Shown here: positions 60,635-64,000 of the stretch, piece by piece | How the letters are laid out: the number at the start of each line of letters is the position of its first letter | Numbering within the stretch: position 1 is the stretch's first letter | Assembly: GCA_031432545.1 (NCBI GenBank) | Contig: JAVKGX010000003.1 | Coordinates: 57,861-121,860, forward strand | Source of the DNA: Candidatus Caldifonticola tengchongensis | Lineage (GTDB): Bacteria > Sysuimicrobiota > Sysuimicrobiia > Sysuimicrobiales > Sysuimicrobiaceae | Direction of reading: 5' to 3' | Length of the DNA stretch: 64,000 bases | Notes under the pieces: model-generated | Told to the model about the DNA's origin: nothing | Database searches by the model: none | Seen by the model: only the letters and a program-made list of their open reading frames with translations | Program-made: the position numbers and the translations under genes

Positions 60635-61714
60635 ATGGCGCGGGCGATCCTGCTCTCACCCCATCCCAGCGCCCTCCACGTCCGCGTGGAGGCCTGTGCG
60701 GTTTACGACTTCCTGGCCGCGCTGTTCGTTGTGCACCGGCACGGGCGGGGGCTGGCGTTCGACGTGGCGGACGCGTGGGTCGAGCGCGCCCGCCGCGGAC
60801 TGGGCCAGCGTTCGCTGCGGGACTTGGATCTGTTAAGTTGTGAGCGCGGCACGTTGCTGTCGCTGGTGGCCCTGCTGGACCGCCGCGCTGTCGACGACAC
60901 CGTCGCCGGCTTCGTCGGCCACGTGCGCGAGGTTCCCGCGGACGAGCTGGTGTTGACGTTGCTGGCCAGCGCGCGGGCAGCCCGCCCGGTGCGCCAGCAC
61001 CTGCGCGAGGCGTTGCGCACCCGCGGCGTCGCGCGCGAAGCGGCGCTGGCCCGGTTCGCCGCCGGGCTGCCGCAGGAACTGCGGCCGGAGGCGGCGGTGG
61101 AGCTTGCGCGGATGGACCCGCAGGCGGTGCGCGACCGGCTCGTGCGTCTGCTGACCCGTTTCCACGAGCGCGTCTACGCTGGCGAGGAGCCCCGGGTGCT
61201 GCCGCTGCTGCGCGCCGACGCCGAGCGCAAGCGCCGGCGGGCGCAGCATCTGTCGCCGCAGGCGTTCGTCGAGGAAGCGACCGGCGGGCACGTCCTGGAC
61301 CCGACACAGGTGACCGAGGTCGTCGTCGTCCCCTCGTACTTCGTGCGTCCGTTCAACCTGATCGCGGACCACGTCGGGGTGCGCACCTACGTCGTGCCGC
61401 TGGGGGAGGACGAGTCGGTGGGGGAGCCGACGGAGGTCGTGGTGCGCGTCGCCAAGGCATTGGGCGACGAGACGCGCCTGCGCATCCTCCGCATGCTCAT
61501 GGACAGGGAGATGTACACGCAGCAGGTGGCCGAGGCGCTGGGCACGAGCCACGTCACCGCCATCCATCACCTGGCGGCGCTGCGGGCGGCGCACCTCATC
61601 CGCATCGTCGAGAGACAGAACCTGAAGTTCTACGTGTTGCGGCCGGAGGGGCTTCAGGAGGCGCTGGGCGTCCTGTCGCGGTTCCTGCGGCCGGGCGCGT
61701 CACCTGCGAGTTGA
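60635..61714 (+). CDS. ArsR-family transcriptional regulator with a large N-terminal domain of unknown function
   Basis: C-terminal ArsR/SmtB HTH (LGDETRLRILRMLMDREMYTQQVAEALGTSHVTAIHHLAALRAAHLI). N-terminal ~250 aa with no recognised catalytic motif. Confidence 0.7.
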   Translation: MARAILLSPHPSALHVRVEACAVYDFLAALFVVHRHGRGLAFDVADAWVERARRGLGQRSLRDLDLLSCERGTLLSLVALLDRRAVDDTVAGFVGHVREVPADELVLTLLASARAARPVRQHLREALRTRGVAREAALARFAAGLPQELRPEAAVELARMDPQAVRDRLVRLLTRFHERVYAGEEPRVLPLLRADAERKRRRAQHLSPQAFVEEATGGHVLDPTQVTEVVVVPSYFVRPFNLIADHVGVRTYVVPLGEDESVGEPTEVVVRVAKALGDETRLRILRMLMDREMYTQQVAEALGTSHVTAIHHLAALRAAHLIRIVERQNLKFYVLRPEGLQEALGVLSRFLRPGASPAS

Positions 61715-61724
61715 GGAGACGACC

Positions 61725-61934
61725 GTGAACGCTGTGGCGCTTGACGATCTGCCCGAGGTGCTGACGGTCGAACAGGCCGCCGGCTACCTGCAACTGCACA
61801 AGGTGACGGTCTACAAGTACATCCGCGAAGGATTGCTCCCGGCCGCACGGATCGGCAAGGTGTACCGGATCCTGCGACCGGATCTGGAGCGCTTCCTTCG
61901 CTTGGCGACCGAGGAGCAGCAGACCGGCGAGTAG
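61725..61934 (+). CDS. excisionase/MerR-like helix-turn-helix DNA-binding protein (69 aa)
   Basis: GTG 61725 with RBS gaggagacgacc. LTVEQAAGYLQLHKVTVYKYIREGLLPAARIGKVYRI, the classic excisionase-family HTH. 11 nt after the ArsR-like gene. Confidence 0.7.
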   Translation: MNAVALDDLPEVLTVEQAAGYLQLHKVTVYKYIREGLLPAARIGKVYRILRPDLERFLRLATEEQQTGE

Positions 61935-61974
61935 CCTCCATATGCCGCCCGCCGCCGGCCGTGACGGCTAACCC

Positions 61975-63252
61975 ATGACCACGTTCCGCGCGTTTCGCCA
62001 CGCCAATTACCGCCGGTTCTGGTACGGCATGCTCGTGTCGCTGGTCGGCACGTGGATGCAGGGTACCGCGCAGTCGTTCCTCGTCTACGAGATGACCGGC
62101 TCGGCGCTGCGGACGGGGATGGTGATGTTCGCGTTTACGCTGCCCTCGCTGCTGTTCTCGCTGTTTGGAGGCGCCATCGCCGACCGCTACGACCGCCGGC
62201 GTCTGCTGGTCGGTACGCAGATCGCCTTCATGACGTCGGCGGCGGTCCTGGCGACGTTGACGCTGACGGGGGTTGTGCAGGTCTGGCACATCCTCGTCCT
62301 GGCGTTCGCCAACGGGGTCACGATGGCGGTCGACGCGCCAGCACGGCAGGCGATGCTTCCGACGCTGGTCGGCCGCGAGGATCTGCAGAACGCCGTCGCG
62401 CTCAACGCCGCGGTGTTCAACGGGTCGCGCATCTTCGGCCCGGCGCTGGCCGGGATCGTCTACAAGATCGGGGGGCCGGGCTGGTGCTTTGCGGTCAACG
62501 CGATCTCGTACCTGGCGGTGATCTGGCCGCTGGTGCGGATGCGGTTGGTGATGGCGTCGGGTGACGCGCCCTCCGAGCCGATGACCGCGCAGATCCGGGA
62601 TGGGCTGGCGTACGTGCGTTCCCACGCGGCGGTGCGGTCGCTCCTGCTCCTCCTCGCCGGGGTGGGCACCTTCGGGTTCGCCTGGATGGTGCTCGCGCCG
62701 GCCTTCACGGTGAGGGTGCTGGGTATGGGTCCGGTAGAAAATGGTTACCTGCTGACGGCGACGGGTGTCGGCGCGACCGCGGGTGCGCTCACCGTTGCCA
62801 CGCTCCAGGGATTGCGGCGGCCCGGAGTCTTCGTCGTCACCTGCGCCACGCTGGCCGGAGGGATGCTCGTTGCCTTTTCGTTCACCCGAGCACTGCCGGT
62901 CGCGCTCCTGGCACTGGGGGTCGTCGGGTTCTTCTTGACGGCGTTCATGTCGTCGACGAATTCCACCATTCAGTCGCTGGTGGAGGACCGTTATCGCGGT
63001 CGGGTGATGAGCCTGTACACGCTGGCGCTGATCGGCAGCGGCCCGGTGGGGAGCCTGCTGGCGGGATCCGTCGCCGACGCACTGGGCGTCCCTACGAGTC
63101 TTGCGATCAACGGCGCCCTGGTGGTCGTGTGCGCGGCGCTGACCTACCTGCTCGCGCCGGCGGTCGTGGGGCTACGGGTCGTGATTCCCCCGCATCCGGT
63201 CAGTCTCCCCTCTTCCATCGGTACGACCGCCGGGCGTGCCGCCGCGCGCTGA
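61975..63252 (+). CDS. MFS transporter (EntS/MFS_3-like, 12 TM)
   Basis: 425 aa; N-terminus MTTFRAFRHANYRRFWYGMLVSLVGTWMQ is typical of this MFS subfamily. Confidence 0.85.
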   Translation: MTTFRAFRHANYRRFWYGMLVSLVGTWMQGTAQSFLVYEMTGSALRTGMVMFAFTLPSLLFSLFGGAIADRYDRRRLLVGTQIAFMTSAAVLATLTLTGVVQVWHILVLAFANGVTMAVDAPARQAMLPTLVGREDLQNAVALNAAVFNGSRIFGPALAGIVYKIGGPGWCFAVNAISYLAVIWPLVRMRLVMASGDAPSEPMTAQIRDGLAYVRSHAAVRSLLLLLAGVGTFGFAWMVLAPAFTVRVLGMGPVENGYLLTATGVGATAGALTVATLQGLRRPGVFVVTCATLAGGMLVAFSFTRALPVALLALGVVGFFLTAFMSSTNSTIQSLVEDRYRGRVMSLYTLALIGSGPVGSLLAGSVADALGVPTSLAINGALVVVCAALTYLLAPAVVGLRVVIPPHPVSLPSSIGTTAGRAAAR

Positions 63253-63360
63253 CTGAGCCGTCGCCCCAACCCCAGCAGAGGGCCGGCCCGCCGGTGGGAG
63301 AGCAAGACCCCGGCATTCTCACTTTGCGTGAGGAAACGGAATCCGCACTGGGTAGCAGTG

Positions 63361-64000
63361 CTAGGCGCGGCTGAGGACGATCGCCTGCTTGATCTCCTGG
63401 ATGGCCTTGGTGATCTCGATCCCCTGCGGGCAGGCTTCGGTGCAGTTGAAGACCGTACGGCAGCTGAATGCGCCGCTGCGTTCGGCGAGGATCGCCAGCC
63501 GCTCGTCCGTCCCACGATCGCGGCTGTCGAAGACGAACCGGTGGGCCGCCACGAGCGCCGCGGGTCCCAGGAACTGCCCACTCCCCCAGTAGATCGGGCA
63601 GGCGGTCGTGCAGACCGCGCAGAGGATGCACTTCGTGGTGTCGTCGTAGCGGGCGCGCTCTTCGGGCGACTGCAGGCGCTCCCGCTGCGGCGGCGGTTCG
63701 TCGTTGATCAGCCACGGCCGGATCTGCCGGTACTTCGCGAAGAACGGCTCCATGTCCACGACTAGATCCTTGATGACCGGCAGGCCGCGAATCGGTTCGA
63801 CGGTGATCCGGTTCCCCACGTCACGGACCAGGACCTTGCAGGCCAGGCGGTTGCGTCCGTTGATCAGCATCGCGTCGGAGCCGCAGATCCCGTGCGCGCA
63901 CGACCGCCGCAGCGCCAGCGAGCCGTCCTGGTACCACTTGATCCGGTGCAGGACGTCCAGCACCCGGTCGAAAGGGTCGGCGGTGACGCGATAGGTGGCC
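63361..64000 (-). CDS. sdhB: succinate dehydrogenase / fumarate reductase iron-sulfur subunit (3' part; N-terminus beyond window end)
   Basis: Reverse-strand frame gives ...CHGICGSDAMLINGRNRLACK...CILCAVCTTACP...FSCRTVFNCTEACPQGI... (2Fe-2S/4Fe-4S/3Fe-4S cysteine clusters). Stop is the reverse complement of cta at 63361-63363. Confidence 0.88.
   Translation of the reverse strand, partial: ATYRVTADPFDRVLDVLHRIKWYQDGSLALRRSCAHGICGSDAMLINGRNRLACKVLVRDVGNRITVEPIRGLPVIKDLVVDMEPFFAKYRQIRPWLINDEPPPQRERLQSPEERARYDDTTKCILCAVCTTACPIYWGSGQFLGPAALVAAHRFVFDSRDRGTDERLAILAERSGAFSCRTVFNCTEACPQGIEITKAIQEIKQAIVLSRA

Noticed and set aside
63253-63360. Convergent-terminator region between the MFS gene and sdhB.
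   Set aside because: Only short imperfect stems (for example ctcac-tttgc-gtgag) with no U tracts; cannot call a terminator with confidence.

Overview
This is a high-GC (~70%) chromosomal segment that is almost entirely core metabolism and translation. Nearly all genes are on the + strand; only sppA, one MFS transporter and a partial sdhB are on the - strand.

The gene order is Firmicutes-like. In window order it contains:
- rpmE (3' end), DUF1385, prfA, prmC
- a small secreted protein, then tsaC, rpiB, glyA, upp and a dCMP deaminase
- an OmpR-type response regulator with a PAS histidine kinase
- a copper/cytochrome-oxidase maturation and thiol-redox cluster (AhpD-like, His-rich membrane protein, SCO1, PCu(A)C, VKOR-Trx, cytochrome c)
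- a LysR regulator, then a T-box leader in front of ilvB-ilvN-ilvC-leuA-leuC-leuD-(small ORF)-leuB-ilvD
- an amidohydrolase and sppA (-)
- two tandem pstS paralogs, pstCAB, phoU and an ArsC-type arsenate reductase
- rplY, pth, tatC and a small molybdopterin oxidoreductase
- a second T-box leader in front of metG, then tatD and an M48 peptidase
- tRNA-Arg(CCG) and an MFS transporter (-)
- pseudouridine utilisation genes (psuG, nucleoside hydrolase, PfkB kinase) and a TrpR-like YerC/YecD protein
- hisZ-hisG-hisD-hisC-hisB-hisH, an in-frame hisA-hisF fusion, and hisIE
- a metallophosphoesterase and a malic enzyme
- S9 peptidase, PduO-type adenosyltransferase, S9 peptidase
- an ArsR-like regulator, an excisionase-type HTH protein, an MFS transporter, and sdhB (- strand, partial)

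No rRNA, CRISPR, IS/transposase, integrase, phage or recognisable defence genes were seen, and nothing reads as a mobile or defence island.

Cis-elements recognised: two T-box riboswitch leaders (ilvB, metG); 11-bp periodic Pho-box-like direct repeats in front of both pstS copies; several sigma-A-like promoters including extended -10 elements; and hairpin terminators.

The most unusual observations are the uninterrupted hisA-hisF reading frame, a small secreted repeat protein inserted in the prfA-tsaC housekeeping operon, arsC coupled to pst-phoU, a small ORF translationally coupled to leuB, and a TrpR-like gene with an inverted repeat directly upstream of the his operon.
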